This document shows positions 29,295-39,750 of a stretch of DNA of 64,000 nucleotides, in pieces; position 1 is the stretch's first letter; each line of letters begins with the position of its first letter. The stretch spans positions 7,740-71,739 of the forward strand of contig JAJDYL010000101.1 of NCBI GenBank assembly GCA_022825195.1. Direction: 5' to 3'. Position numbers and translations under genes: made by a program. Source of the stretch: Alphaproteobacteria bacterium. Its GTDB lineage: Bacteria; Pseudomonadota; Alphaproteobacteria; Bin95. A model generated the notes under the pieces. It was not told where the DNA came from. It saw only the letters and a list, made by a program, of their open reading frames with translations, and ran no database searches.

Positions 29295-30503
29295 CTACTC
29301 CGCCGCTTCGGCCGTTGTTTCCGTTATTCCGCCGACGGCCCCGGCCGCCGCGAGCTCTTCCACCTGCGCCGGCGTCCAGCCTTCCCTCAGCAGGATTTCC
29401 CGGGAGTGTTCGCCGATCTGCGGCGCCCTGTCGAGGTCCGGGTCGGACCCGATCTTCGCGAGACCCGGAATGTTGGTGACGGGCAGCGCGCCCGGCATGC
29501 CGGGATGGTCGATCCAGGACACGCTTTCCACCGCCTTCACATGCTCGTCCTCGAGAAAATGGCTGTAGGTGGAAACGGGCGCATTCATCACGCCTTCCTC
29601 GGTCAGCGCCTCGGCCCATTCCGCCGTCGTGCGCTTCAGGAACGCCTCGCGGATGACCGGCATCAGCTCCGCCTCGCGCTCGATGCGCTTTTCGCGGGAG
29701 TCGTAGCGCGGGTCGTCGGCAAGGTCCTCGCGTCCGAGCACCTTGCAGAGCGAGACATAGTGGCGCTCGCGCATGGCGGTGATGTTGATGTAGCCGTCGG
29801 CGGTCCGCATCGTCCCGACCGGCACGTAGAGCACCTGCGGCGCGCCGCCTTCCAGGTAATGCTCCATCACCTTGGCGGACTGGAACGCCGCCGCTGCCTG
29901 CATCAGCGAGCAGTCGATATAGGCGCCCTTGCCGAAGCGCAGCTTGCGGATGAGCGCGGACGAGATGGCCTGGTAGGCGTAGAGGCCGGTCATCACGTCG
30001 ACGGCGATCATGCCGATGCGCTGCGGCGTGCCGGAGGCGTCCCGGTTGATCGACATCCAGCCCGAGAAGGCCTGGATCACGGAGTCCGTCACCGGCAGGC
30101 GGTTGTAGGGGCCCTCCTGACCGAAGCCGGTGACCGAAAGATAGATGACCTCCGGATTGACGGCCTTTACCTGCTCGTAGCCAAGGCCGAAGCGCTTCAT
30201 CACGCCGGGGCGGAAGCTCTCGACCACTATATCGGCCTCGGAGGCGAGCTTGAAGGCGACCTTCTGCGCGGCCTCGTTCTTCATGTCCATCGCCAGCGAT
30301 TTCTTGCCGCGGTTGAACACGATTGAGTGGGCGCACTGGTTCCCGTAGGCCTTGCCGAGCGTGCGCCCCCAGTCGCCGTCGAGCGGCTCCAGCTTGGTAA
30401 CTTCCGCGCCGTGTTGCGCGAGCAGCATCGTGCTGTGCGGGCCGGCGACGCCCTGGGTGGCGTCGAAGACCTTGACGCCCTCCAGGGGCATGGGGGTCGG
30501 CAT
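29295..30503 (-). CDS. Family III CoA-transferase (CaiB/BaiF)
   Basis: LEGVKVFDATQGVAGP...SIVFNRGKKSLA motifs. Confidence 0.85.
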   Translation of the reverse strand: MPTPMPLEGVKVFDATQGVAGPHSTMLLAQHGAEVTKLEPLDGDWGRTLGKAYGNQCAHSIVFNRGKKSLAMDMKNEAAQKVAFKLASEADIVVESFRPGVMKRFGLGYEQVKAVNPEVIYLSVTGFGQEGPYNRLPVTDSVIQAFSGWMSINRDASGTPQRIGMIAVDVMTGLYAYQAISSALIRKLRFGKGAYIDCSLMQAAAAFQSAKVMEHYLEGGAPQVLYVPVGTMRTADGYINITAMRERHYVSLCKVLGREDLADDPRYDSREKRIEREAELMPVIREAFLKRTTAEWAEALTEEGVMNAPVSTYSHFLEDEHVKAVESVSWIDHPGMPGALPVTNIPGLAKIGSDPDLDRAPQIGEHSREILLREGWTPAQVEELAAAGAVGGITETTAEAAE

Positions 30504-30653
30504 GGGTCGATTGTCTCCTCGCCCGCATGGCGCGAGCGTGCAGCGAAAAGCGGATTCGCGGAATATCGGGCGGCGGCGGACACCAAGTCAATGCGCTTGC
30601 CGGGCGGCGCATGCGCGCGGCAGAGTGGGGCGGTGGAAGGGGAGGAACCGGCG

Positions 30654-31418
30654 ATGCGCCTGCGCCTCAGACAGATTTGCCTCGTCGCGCGCGACCTGGA
30701 GCCCGTCGTCGGGGACCTGAAGCGCGTCTTCGGGCTGGAGGTCTGTTATGTGGACGATGCGGTTGCGGCATACGGGCTGGTGAACGCGCTGCTGCCCGTC
30801 GGCAACCAGTTCCTGGAGGTGGTGGCGCCGAAGGAGCCGGGGACGGCGGCCGGGCGCTATCTGGACCGGCGCGACGGCGATGGCGGCTACATGGTCATCA
30901 CGCAATGCCCCGACCTGGAGGCGCGTCGCCGGCGCGTCGCCGAACTCGGCGTGCGTATCGCCAACCCGCTGGAGCACGGCGATTTCCAGGGCATGCAGCT
31001 TCACCCGAAGGACACGGGCGGCGCCTTCTTCGAGATCGACTGCCAGCAGGGCGGCGAGGCGGAGGACGGCCCCTGGCATCCCGCCGGGCCGGACTGGAAA
31101 CCGCATGTCCGCACGGGCATCGTCTCGGCGATCCTGGCGGCCGAACTGCAAAGTCCCGATCCGGAGCGGCTGGCGGGGCGCTGGAGCGAGATTGCCGAAA
31201 TCCCGCTGGAGCGGAACGGGCAGGGCGCTCCGGTTATGCCGTTCGACAATGGGGAACTGCGGTTCGTGGAGGCGAGGGACGGGCGCGGCGAGGGGCTGGC
31301 CGGCCTCGACCTCAAGAGCGGGGATGCGGAGGCGGCGTTCGCCAGGGCGCGCGCCGCGGGCCTGCCGCCCGCCGATGGAGTCATCGCGCTCGGGGGCATG
31401 CGCTTCCGCCTCGTCTGA
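30654..31418 (+). CDS. VOC (glyoxalase/bleomycin-resistance/dioxygenase) family protein
   Basis: Start taken at MRLRLRQICLVARDLE with GGAGGA RBS. Two VOC beta-alpha-beta-beta-beta modules. Confidence 0.6.
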   Translation: MRLRLRQICLVARDLEPVVGDLKRVFGLEVCYVDDAVAAYGLVNALLPVGNQFLEVVAPKEPGTAAGRYLDRRDGDGGYMVITQCPDLEARRRRVAELGVRIANPLEHGDFQGMQLHPKDTGGAFFEIDCQQGGEAEDGPWHPAGPDWKPHVRTGIVSAILAAELQSPDPERLAGRWSEIAEIPLERNGQGAPVMPFDNGELRFVEARDGRGEGLAGLDLKSGDAEAAFARARAAGLPPADGVIALGGMRFRLV

Positions 31419-31470
31419 CGGCTGCTATGCTGATTGCGGTAAAGGTTCCGGAACGGGAGGGAGCGAGGCC

Positions 31471-32553
31471 ATGCATTTCGGCTATTTCGGTCTGATGGGC
31501 TATCGCGAGCGCGGGACATCGCCGCAGCGCGTGTTCGAGGAGCACATCGAACAGGTGCGCCAGGCGGACCGGCTCGGCTTCGAGATCGCCTGGTTCGCGG
31601 AGCACCATTTCTCCAACTACTGCATCTGCCCCTCGCCGCTGCTGATGGCGGCGCGCTGCGCCGGGGAGACGCAGCAGATCAAGCTCGCTCCCGCCGTCGT
31701 GGTGACGCCGCTCTACCAGCCCGCGCGGCTGCTGGCCGAGATCGGCATGGTGGACGCCTGCTCGGGGGGCCGGCTCGTGCTTGGCGTCGGCAGCGGCTAC
31801 CAGCCCTACGAGTTCGAGCGTTTCGGCCAGGACCTCGCCGAGGCGCGGCCCAGGCTGGAAGAGTTCCTCGACATGCTGGAGCTTGCCTTCGACAACGAGA
31901 CCTTCAGCTATGAGGGCAGCTACTACAGCATGCCCGAAACCCACATCAGCGCCCGTCCGGTGGGCGGCCGGCCGGACATCTGGGTCGCCGGCGACGGCGA
32001 GACCGGCCACCGGCTTTGCGCCCGGCGCGGCTATGCGCCCATGTTCTCCGGGCGATGGCAGGGCGCGGACTACCTGGCCGGGATGCGCGAACGCATTGCA
32101 GAAGCCTACCGGGCGGAGGGCTGCGACCCGGAGACGATGCGGATGGGCTTCCAGCGTTTCCTCTGCGTGACGGAGAGCCGCGCCGAGACGCTTGCCTATG
32201 TCGATAATGCCCGCCACCAGATGCGCCTCGCCTCTGCGCTCCGCCGCCGCGCCGAGGTCATGGACGGGGCGATGATGACCGAGGTGCCGATGCCGGAGGA
32301 GCCCTCACTCGACGAGATCGCGGACAATCTGCTGGTCGGCGACCCGGAAACCATCGCGGAGCGGCTGACGGCCGAAATCCGCGCGGCGCGCCCGGCGCAC
32401 ATCATGTTCCATTTCCAGGTCGGCGGCTCCTCGCACCGCGCGGCGCTCGACAGCATGGAGACGCTCGCGACCAGCATCCGCCCGATGGTGGAAAAGGAAC
32501 TCGGGCCGCTGGCCGATTTCGGCGCGCCCCCGCGCCCGCAGGCCGCGGAGTAG
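31471..32553 (+). CDS. Luciferase-like (LLM class) flavin-dependent monooxygenase
   Basis: MHFGYFGLMG...AWFAEHHFSNY N-terminus typical of the family. GGGAGGGAG RBS. Confidence 0.8.
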   Translation: MHFGYFGLMGYRERGTSPQRVFEEHIEQVRQADRLGFEIAWFAEHHFSNYCICPSPLLMAARCAGETQQIKLAPAVVVTPLYQPARLLAEIGMVDACSGGRLVLGVGSGYQPYEFERFGQDLAEARPRLEEFLDMLELAFDNETFSYEGSYYSMPETHISARPVGGRPDIWVAGDGETGHRLCARRGYAPMFSGRWQGADYLAGMRERIAEAYRAEGCDPETMRMGFQRFLCVTESRAETLAYVDNARHQMRLASALRRRAEVMDGAMMTEVPMPEEPSLDEIADNLLVGDPETIAERLTAEIRAARPAHIMFHFQVGGSSHRAALDSMETLATSIRPMVEKELGPLADFGAPPRPQAAE

Positions 32554-32555
32554 CC

Positions 32556-33347
32556 ATGTCCGAACATCTGCTGGAACGCCGCGAAAACGGCGTCGCCTGG
32601 CTGACGCTGAACCGCCCGGAGCGGCTGAACGCGCTGACCGACGACATGCTGGACGGCCTGCTCGAGGCCATGCAGCGTCTCTCCGAGGACCGGGAGACGG
32701 GCTGCATCGTGCTCACCGGCGCCGGGCGCGGCTTTTCCGCCGGAGGCGATGTGAAGGACATGGCCCAGGGCTCGCACCAGGACGACACGCTGGAAGGGCG
32801 CACCCGGTCGCTCCGCCGCCGCATGGAGGTGAGCCGCCTCATCCACGAATTGCCGAAGCCCGTCATCGCGATGATCCGCGGCCCGGCGGCCGGCGCCAGC
32901 CTGTCGATCGCGCTTGCCTGCGACATGCGGATCGCCAGCGACACGGCGCTGATTACCACGGGCTTCGCGCAAGTGGCGCTCTCGGGAGATTTCGGCGGAT
33001 CCTGGTTCCTGACCCGGCTGGTGGGGCCCGCCAAGGCGAAGGAGCTTTACATGACCGCTGCGCGCCTCGGTGCGGAAGAGGCGCTGGCGCTCGGCATTCT
33101 GAACCGCGTCGTTCCGGACGAGGCGCTGGAGGCGGAGACGGCGAGCCTCGCCGAAAGCCTCGCCGCCGGCCCGCGCATCACGCTCGCCTACATGAAGCAG
33201 ACGCTCAACGGCGCCGTCACGGCCTCTCTCTCAGAGACGCTCGACACCGAAGCCCGCAACCACTCCCGCTCCGGCCTGACGGACGACCATCTTGAAGCCG
33301 CCAAGGCCTTCGTCGAGAAGCGCAAGCCGGTGTTCAGGGGGCGGTAG
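32556..33347 (+). CDS. Enoyl-CoA hydratase/isomerase (crotonase) family
   Basis: Crotonase motifs (LTLNRPERLNAL, AGGDVKDM, oxyanion-hole segment). Confidence 0.85.
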   Translation: MSEHLLERRENGVAWLTLNRPERLNALTDDMLDGLLEAMQRLSEDRETGCIVLTGAGRGFSAGGDVKDMAQGSHQDDTLEGRTRSLRRRMEVSRLIHELPKPVIAMIRGPAAGASLSIALACDMRIASDTALITTGFAQVALSGDFGGSWFLTRLVGPAKAKELYMTAARLGAEEALALGILNRVVPDEALEAETASLAESLAAGPRITLAYMKQTLNGAVTASLSETLDTEARNHSRSGLTDDHLEAAKAFVEKRKPVFRGR

Positions 33348-33492
33348 CGCGGAAGGCCGGCGTCCGGTCGCGTCGGGCGGCCGGGCGGTGGCCGGCGATC
33401 GCCTCGCGGAGGCCTTCGAGCCGCGCCTGTCCGTGTTCTATCGCCCGTCTCCCGACCCCTTTCGCCGCCCCGAACCCCAGATCCGGAGGGCG

Positions 33493-36400
33493 CTAACTGC
33501 ACCCGTCGGTCTGGCCGCAGGTCATGCATTTCATGCAGGTGCCGTTGCGGACCATGGTGAAATTGCCGCAGCTCCCGCAGGCGTCGCCTTCATAACCCAT
33601 CATCCGTGCATGGCGGACGACCGCATCGTGCGAGCCCGCCGCCGCCGTCATGGGTACTGCCACGAACGACTCCTCCACGGTTTCCCGTGCGGCTGACGCG
33701 GTTTCGTTGCGTCCGCCCGGCAGCACATAGAGGTTGTCGCGCACGAAACCGCGGCTGGCGGCAGTCGGGATCGGCTGGCCCATCGCGCGCTCCGCCAGCG
33801 CCGCCTCGTTCTCGCCGCCGCCCAGACTGTCCGGGCGCAGGTCGTCGGACATCACGTGGCTGAGGTCGCCGCGACCGAGATAGGAGATCGCGAGCTCGCG
33901 GAACAGGTAGTCCAGGATCGAGGTCGACATCTTGATCGCATCGTTGCCCTCCACGATCCCGGACGGCTCGAAGCGCGTGAAGGTGAAGGCCTCCACATAT
34001 TCCTCCAGCGGCACGCCGTATTGCAGGCCGATCGAGATGCCGATGGCGAAATTGTTCATCAGGCTGCGGAAGGCCGCGCCCTCCTTGTGCATGTCGATGA
34101 AGATTTCGCCGAGCTTGCCGTCATCATATTCGCCCGTGCGCAGATAGACCTTGTGGTTGCCGACCGTGGCCTTCTGCGTGTAGCCCTTGCGGCGGTCCGG
34201 CAGGCGCCTGCGCTCGATCAGCTGCCTCTCGACGATGCGCTCGGCCAGAACCGTTGCGCGGCCCGCGGCCGGCTCGTCCGCGATGTCCTCGGCAAGGTCG
34301 CCGCCGAGCGCCGTCGCCGCCAGCGGCTGCGAGAGCTTCGAGCCGTCGCGGTAGAGCGCGTTCGCCTTGAGCCCGAGGCTCCAGGACAGGAGGTAAGCGT
34401 CGATGCAGTCCTGCACGGTCGCGCCGTTCGCCATGTTCACGGTCTTGGAGATGGCGCCCGAGATGTAGGGCTGGACCGCCCCCAGCATCCGGATATGGCT
34501 TTCCGTCGAAAGGTGGCGGATGCCGTTCCGGCCGCAGGGATTGGCGCAGTCGAACACCGGCAGGTGCTCCTCGCGGAGGTCCGGCGCGCCTTCCACGGTC
34601 ATGGCGCCGCCGCACCAGAGGTTCGCGGCCTCGACCTCCGCCTTGGAGAAGCCGAGCGCGTCCAGCAGGTCGCCGCCGTCCAGCTCCTCGTCCGTCAGGC
34701 CGAGCGCCTCGCGGCAGGCCTCCTCGCCGAGCGTCCAGCGGTTGAACACGAAACGGATGTCGAAGGCGCCCGGCAGCGCGGCCTCCACCGCTTCGATCAT
34801 CTCCGGCGTGAAGCCCCTAGCCGCCAGCGCCTCATGGCCGATGGCGGGCGAGCCCTTCAGCGTGCCGCGCCCGACGGCGTAGCGTTCGATGGCCTCGATC
34901 CGCTCTTCGCCGTAACCGAGTGCGGCCAGCGCCTCCGGCACCAGGCTGTTGATGATCTTGAAGTAGCCGCCGCCGGCCAGCTTCTTGAACTTGACCAGCG
35001 CGAAATCCGGTTCGATGCCGGTCGTGTCGCAATCCATCACCAGCCCGATCGTGCCGGTCGGTGCGATGACGGTGGCCTGCGCGTTGCGGTAGCCGTGCTT
35101 CTCCCCGGCGGCCAGGGCATCGTCCCAGGCGGCCCTCGCGGCTTCCGCCAGGCCGTCGAACGGGCAGGCGTCGGAGTCGAGCGGCCGGGGGACGGTGTTC
35201 AGGCCTTCGTAGCCGTCGGCGCAGCCATGCGCCGCGCGGCGGTGGTTGCGGACGACCCGCAGCATGGCTTCGGCATTGGCGGGATAACCCTCGAAGGGCC
35301 CGAGCTCGCCGGCGATCTCGGCCGACGCGGCGTAGGCGGCGCCGGTCATCAGCGCGGTTATGGCGCCGGCGGCGGCCCGGCCCTCGTCGCTGTCATAGGC
35401 GATGCCGGACGCCATCAGCAGCCCGCCGACATTGGCGTAGCCCAGGCCGAGCGGGCGGTAGCGGTAGGATCTCTCGGCGATCCGCCGCGAGGGGAACTGG
35501 GCCATCGACTCCGAGATTTCGAGCGCAACGGTCCACAGCCGGACGGTGTGCCGGAAGCCCTCTATGTCGAACCCGCCGTCCTCCATGCGGAACGCCATCA
35601 GGTTCAGCGACGCCAGATTGCAGGCCGTGTCGTCCAGGAACATGTATTCCGAGCACGGGTTGGAGGCGTCGATCCGTCCTTCCGCCGGGCAGGTGTGCCA
35701 GTCGTTGATCGTCGTATCGAACTGCACCCCGGGGTCCGCCGAGGCCCAGGCGGCGTGGGCGATCCTGTCCATGAGGGCCCGCGCCTGCACCGTGCGCGCC
35801 ACGGCGCCGTCCGTGCGGCGCGTCAGCTTCCAATCGCCGCCGTCGCCGACGGCGCGGAGGAACTCGTCCGTGAGCCGCACCGAATTGTTGGAGTTCTGGC
35901 CGGCGACGGTGCGGTAGGCCTCGCTGTCCCAGTCGGTGTCGTAGGTGCGGAAGTCGATCCGGGTGAACCCCTGGCGGGCGAACTGGATCACCCGCTGGAT
36001 GTAGCTTTCCGGAATAGCGGCTTCCCGCGCGCCCGTAATTGCCTTGCGGAGCGCCCGGTTCCGCTTCGGGTCGAACCGGTCGGCTTCGTCGATTTCGCCG
36101 GCCCCCGGCCCGCCGGGAGCGCAGGCGGCGATCACGCGGCCCAAGTGCTTCTCGCAGGCCTTCGAGCCCGCGACCAGGGCGGCGACCTTCTGCTCCTCGA
36201 CGACCTTCCAGTCGATATAGTCCTCGATGTCCGGATGGTCGATGTCGAGCGTCACCATCTTGGCGGCGCGGCGGGTGGTGCCGCCCGACTTGATGGCGCC
36301 CGCCGCGCGGTCGCCGATCTTGAGGAAGCTCATCAGCCCGGAGGAGCGCCCGCCGCCCGAAAGCGGCTCGCCTTCACCCCGCAGCCTGGAGAAATTGGTG

Positions 36401-37089
36401 CCCGTTCCGGAGCCGTATTTGAACAGCCGCGCCTCACGCAGCCAGAGATCCATGATTCCGCCATCGTTGACGAGGTCGTCGGCAACGGACTGGATGAAAC
36501 AGGCATGGGGCTGCGGGCGCTCATAGGCCGAGTCGGAGGCGCGGCATTCCCCGGTCGCGGGATCGACGAAATAGTGGCCCTGCGCCGGCCCGTCTATGCC
36601 GTAGGCCCAGTGCAGGCCGGTGTTGAACCATTGCGGCGAATTGGGCGCCGCCATCTGCCGGGCGAGCATGGAGCGCATTTCGTCGTAATAGGTGCGCGCA
36701 TCCTCTTCGCCGGAAAAGTAGCCGCCCTTCCAGCCCCAATAGGTCCAGGCGCCGGCAAGCCGGTGGAACACCTGGCGGGCGTCGCGCTCGGTCCCGAATG
36801 TCGCGCCTTCGGCCGGCCGGCTGCGCCGCAGCCAGTCCGGCACGCCGTCCTCGGCGACCGCCTCGGTCAGGTCGGGAACGCCGGCCTTGCGGAAATATTT
36901 CTGCGCCAGCACATCGACGGCCACCTGCGACCATCCCTGCGGCGCCATGATGTCGTCGGCAATGAAAACGGGAGTACCGTCGGGATTGCGGATTTCGCTG
37001 TTCCTGCGGACGAACGCAACGCCGTCATAGGCCGAGGCGCAACCTTCCGTATAGCGGCGCCCGAATCTCAGGCCGACTCCTCCCGCCAT
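33493..37089 (-). CDS. nrdJ: Class II (adenosylcobalamin-dependent) ribonucleoside-diphosphate reductase, long form
   Basis: 1198 aa with the ATP-cone/insert architecture typical of alphaproteobacterial NrdJ. C-terminal redox cysteines CGSCGN...CMKCMTCG. Confidence 0.9.
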   Translation of the reverse strand: MAGGVGLRFGRRYTEGCASAYDGVAFVRRNSEIRNPDGTPVFIADDIMAPQGWSQVAVDVLAQKYFRKAGVPDLTEAVAEDGVPDWLRRSRPAEGATFGTERDARQVFHRLAGAWTYWGWKGGYFSGEEDARTYYDEMRSMLARQMAAPNSPQWFNTGLHWAYGIDGPAQGHYFVDPATGECRASDSAYERPQPHACFIQSVADDLVNDGGIMDLWLREARLFKYGSGTGTNFSRLRGEGEPLSGGGRSSGLMSFLKIGDRAAGAIKSGGTTRRAAKMVTLDIDHPDIEDYIDWKVVEEQKVAALVAGSKACEKHLGRVIAACAPGGPGAGEIDEADRFDPKRNRALRKAITGAREAAIPESYIQRVIQFARQGFTRIDFRTYDTDWDSEAYRTVAGQNSNNSVRLTDEFLRAVGDGGDWKLTRRTDGAVARTVQARALMDRIAHAAWASADPGVQFDTTINDWHTCPAEGRIDASNPCSEYMFLDDTACNLASLNLMAFRMEDGGFDIEGFRHTVRLWTVALEISESMAQFPSRRIAERSYRYRPLGLGYANVGGLLMASGIAYDSDEGRAAAGAITALMTGAAYAASAEIAGELGPFEGYPANAEAMLRVVRNHRRAAHGCADGYEGLNTVPRPLDSDACPFDGLAEAARAAWDDALAAGEKHGYRNAQATVIAPTGTIGLVMDCDTTGIEPDFALVKFKKLAGGGYFKIINSLVPEALAALGYGEERIEAIERYAVGRGTLKGSPAIGHEALAARGFTPEMIEAVEAALPGAFDIRFVFNRWTLGEEACREALGLTDEELDGGDLLDALGFSKAEVEAANLWCGGAMTVEGAPDLREEHLPVFDCANPCGRNGIRHLSTESHIRMLGAVQPYISGAISKTVNMANGATVQDCIDAYLLSWSLGLKANALYRDGSKLSQPLAATALGGDLAEDIADEPAAGRATVLAERIVERQLIERRRLPDRRKGYTQKATVGNHKVYLRTGEYDDGKLGEIFIDMHKEGAAFRSLMNNFAIGISIGLQYGVPLEEYVEAFTFTRFEPSGIVEGNDAIKMSTSILDYLFRELAISYLGRGDLSHVMSDDLRPDSLGGGENEAALAERAMGQPIPTAASRGFVRDNLYVLPGGRNETASAARETVEESFVAVPMTAAAGSHDAVVRHARMMGYEGDACGSCGNFTMVRNGTCMKCMTCGQTDGCS

Positions 37090-37523
37090 GGTCGCGCTCC
37101 TTCAGGAAATCCGCGGATATTGCGCATCGAAGCTTCGCGCATACCGGATATGGTGTTCGTATTCCTTCAAGCTTGTCAAGCGAAACGCGCGGCGCGGTGC
37201 TGCGGCGCGCGTTTGAACCTATGCATGCTTGACCGGATCGGACATAGGCATATCAGTCTTCGTCACCCCGTCCCCGAGCCGTGCCCAGCCTTGGCTCTCG
37301 CGGCAGCTTCGTGAGCCCGGTCCGTTCTCCGCCGGCTGCGGCGGCATCGGGAGCCGGAGACAGCCTCCGCTTTCGCGGAGGTGAAGAAGGGGCCCGCCAA
37401 CGGTCGATCCGGCCCGGTTCTTTCAATTGGCCCGCGTTTCGCTTTCAATCGGTCAAACGGTCGGAGTTGCTGCCCCGCTGGCCCGCCGGCCTTTCCTGCC
37501 GTGCAACAGGAGCGGATTCCACG
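37090..37523. promoter_or_regulatory. Long (about 430 nt) nrdJ upstream leader/promoter region with structured elements
   Basis: Perfect 9-bp stem aaacgcgcg...cgcgcgttt (about 37180-37215) and a HindIII-centred palindrome caagcttg. No B12-box recognised. Confidence 0.3.
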
Positions 37524-37952
37524 CTAATCCAGACGCCGCACCCGCAACCCGTCGAACCGTCCGAAGTCGCGATCGTTCGTCAGGACCTCGTCGATGCCAT
37601 GCTCTCGGCACAGGGCGACGATTTGCGCATCGAACATCAGATTACCGCGCGCATCGGCGTCGCGCGCGGTCGCCAGAAGGCGGTCCAGGAACTCCCCGCC
37701 CGGCCGGACGACCTCGCAGGTCGGGGCGGCAACGACCCCTTCGATGAACGCGGTTGCCTGCGCCATGCTCGATGGAGGACTGAACACGCGCCTGTGCGTC
37801 ACGACGCGAATGAACTCTGCAATGCAGAAGACGGGTAGCACCCATCGTTCCCCGCCGCCGGCGAGGGCAACGAGTTCGGAAACCGCCCTGTCGTGAAACT
37901 CCGTCTCGCCGCGGTGAGCATAAATCAGGATGTTGGTGTCGACGGCGATCAT
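37524..37952 (-). CDS. vapC: VapC PIN-domain toxin
   Basis: IAVDTNILIYA...FDAQIVA...LTNDRDF PIN motifs. 4-nt overlap with the upstream antitoxin. Confidence 0.8.
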   Translation of the reverse strand: MIAVDTNILIYAHRGETEFHDRAVSELVALAGGGERWVLPVFCIAEFIRVVTHRRVFSPPSSMAQATAFIEGVVAAPTCEVVRPGGEFLDRLLATARDADARGNLMFDAQIVALCREHGIDEVLTNDRDFGRFDGLRVRRLD

Positions 37953-38185
37953 CCGCGGTCGATTACGTCATAAAGCGCGTCCCGGTCGGAAATGTCGATT
38001 TTCGGCGGGCTGTCCCCGGTCACGGTCTCCAGCCGCAGCCGGAACGGGCGCTCGGCATCGCGCGCCGACGCCAGCCGGGCGCGAAGCGCGTCCTCGACGA
38101 AGCTTGCCAGCGTAACGCCGTCCCGCTCCGCGCAGGCTTTCGCCCGGCGCAGCACCGTCTCGTCCAGATTGAGCGTCGCTTTCAT
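37949..38185 (-). CDS. vapB: VapB-type antitoxin
   Basis: 78-aa protein immediately upstream of the PIN toxin, sharing its stop/start overlap. Confidence 0.65.
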   Translation of the reverse strand: MKATLNLDETVLRRAKACAERDGVTLASFVEDALRARLASARDAERPFRLRLETVTGDSPPKIDISDRDALYDVIDRG

Positions 38186-38225
38186 GGCCCGACCGTATCG
38201 CAGAGGAACGGACGGCGAAAGCCCG

Positions 38226-38462
38226 CTACCGCCCGGTCCACCGCTTCCGCCGGCGGCGGGCGAGGCGGCGTTCGCGCTCCAGGCCGTGGCGCTTCAGGAA
38301 ACGCTGCACCGTGGTTACGTGGAACGCGAACCCCTCGGCGGCCAGCGCGTCGCGCAGCCCGTACATGGTGAGCCGCGGCCGCGCCGCCAGGATGCGGAGG
38401 ATGCGCTCCCGCTGCGGCTCGATCCGCGAGGGTCTGCGGCCGCCCGTCGGGTCGGCCCGCAC
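38226..38462 (-). pseudogene. IS630-family transposase N-terminal (HTH) fragment; remnant
   Basis: 78-aa ORF with the IS630-type winged-helix segment (RILRILAARPRLTMYGLRDALAAEGFAFHVTTVQRFLKRHGL). No DDE catalytic domain follows. Confidence 0.5.
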
Positions 38463-38490
38463 GTGGCCGCGCTCGCGCGGCTTCCGTAAA

Positions 38491-38640
38491 ACTCCAACCC
38501 GAAAGAAACGCTCCGGCCCTCCGGCCGCTCAGGCAGACCGCTACAAGCGGCCGCCGGCTTACCGCAAACGCCGGATCCGAACGCAATGCCCCGGCCCTGC
38601 GGCCGCTCAGGCAAACCGCCACAAGCGGCCGCCGGGCCGG
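38491..38640. repeat. Two-copy imperfect tandem repeat, period about 78 nt (core 45-mer ccggccctNcggccgctcaggcaRaccgcYacaagcggccgccgg at 38513-38557 and 38591-38635)
   Basis: Seen directly in the sequence; 41/45 identity in the core. Adjacent to the transposase remnant. Confidence 0.7.
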
Positions 38641-38868
38641 CCTCTCCTCTCGCCGCCCGGGGGCGGCGGGTTCGCGGCAGAGGTCCAAAAAAGGCGGCTT
38701 GCGCGGCTGCGCCGCCCTGTCAGGTCCAGATCATGGCCCTTTCGCTCCGTCGGGAGTTGTCCGGAACATACATAGAACAATAGACCGGAATGTCAAGTGC
38801 CGGGTTTGACCGGGGGGCGCAGCGGTGCGATAAGGGCCGGAGTTCTGGAGTCTGGAGGGACCCGGCCC

Positions 38869-39225
38869 GTGACTTCCATCGGAACGCGGCTTTACACCTG
38901 GATGCAGGGCGAATTCGTCGGCGAGGACGGGCAGGGCAACCGCTATTTCCGCAGCCGCAGGGGGCGCCTGCACGGGCGCGAGCGGCGCTGGGTCGTCTAT
39001 GACGGGCCGGTGGAAGCCTCGCGGGTGCCGCCGGAATGGCATGCCTGGCTGCACCGCATGACGGACGCGCCGCCGGCCGCCGACCGGCCGCGCTATCCCT
39101 GGCAACGGCCGCACGAGCAGAACCTGACCGGAACCCCGGAGGCCTACCGGCCGCCCGGGCACGATTTCGCCGGCGGGCGCCGCGCGGCGGCGACGGGCGA
39201 CTACGAGGCCTGGACGCCCGAGTGA
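38869..39225 (+). CDS. NDUFA12-like NADH:ubiquinone oxidoreductase subunit family protein
   Basis: GTG start with GGAGGG RBS. IGTRLYTWMQGEFVGEDGQGNRYFRS...YRPPG motifs of the family. Confidence 0.7.
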   Translation: MTSIGTRLYTWMQGEFVGEDGQGNRYFRSRRGRLHGRERRWVVYDGPVEASRVPPEWHAWLHRMTDAPPAADRPRYPWQRPHEQNLTGTPEAYRPPGHDFAGGRRAAATGDYEAWTPE

Positions 39226-39680
39226 TGCGGCGCAGCGTGCTCGAAACGATAACGGGCGCGGCGGTGCTGTTGGCCGCGGCGGCGTTTGTGTTCTTCGCCT
39301 ACTCGACGGCCGATCTCGGCCGCGGCGGCGGCTATGAGATCGTGGCCGAGTTCGACAATGTCGGCGGGCTCGCCGTGGGCGCCGACGTGCGGATGAGCGG
39401 CATCAAGATCGGGACGGTCTCCGGTCAGCGGCTCGACACCGGGACCTTTTCCGCAGTCGTTACCTTCTCCATCGACTCGTCCGTCCGGCTGCCCACCGAC
39501 AGTTCGGCCAAGATCGCGAGCGAAAGCCTGCTCGGCGGCAAATATGTCCAGATGACTCCCGGCGCGGAAGACGAGACAATTCCGCCCGGCGGCCGCATCC
39601 GCTTCGCGCAGTCGTCGGTCAGCCTCGAGGACCTGATCGGCCGGTTCATCTTCAGCGGTGCCGATGACGGGAAGGGCTGA
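39225..39680 (+). CDS. mlaD: MlaD-like MCE-domain protein (outer-membrane lipid asymmetry)
   Basis: N-terminal TM helix then MCE domain (YEIVAEFDNVGGLAVGADVRMSGIKIGTV). ATG overlaps the upstream stop (TGATG). Confidence 0.75.
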   Translation: MRRSVLETITGAAVLLAAAAFVFFAYSTADLGRGGGYEIVAEFDNVGGLAVGADVRMSGIKIGTVSGQRLDTGTFSAVVTFSIDSSVRLPTDSSAKIASESLLGGKYVQMTPGAEDETIPPGGRIRFAQSSVSLEDLIGRFIFSGADDGKG

Positions 39681-39750
39681 CGCCCGCCGCCGGCACCCGA
39701 AGGTGCGCCGCCGCAATCCATCCGCTTCCTGGCGCTGCCGTTTCCGCCGC

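Noticed and set aside
37090-37523. Cobalamin riboswitch upstream of nrdJ
   Set aside because: No B12-box (GCCACTG) or conserved riboswitch core could be found on the nrdJ strand. Also, a B12-dependent reductase gene would not be expected to be repressed by B12.
38491-38640. Possible CRISPR array at the tandem repeat
   Set aside because: Only two repeat copies with a 78-nt period, no unique spacers of regular length, and no cas genes nearby. This is a simple tandem duplication.
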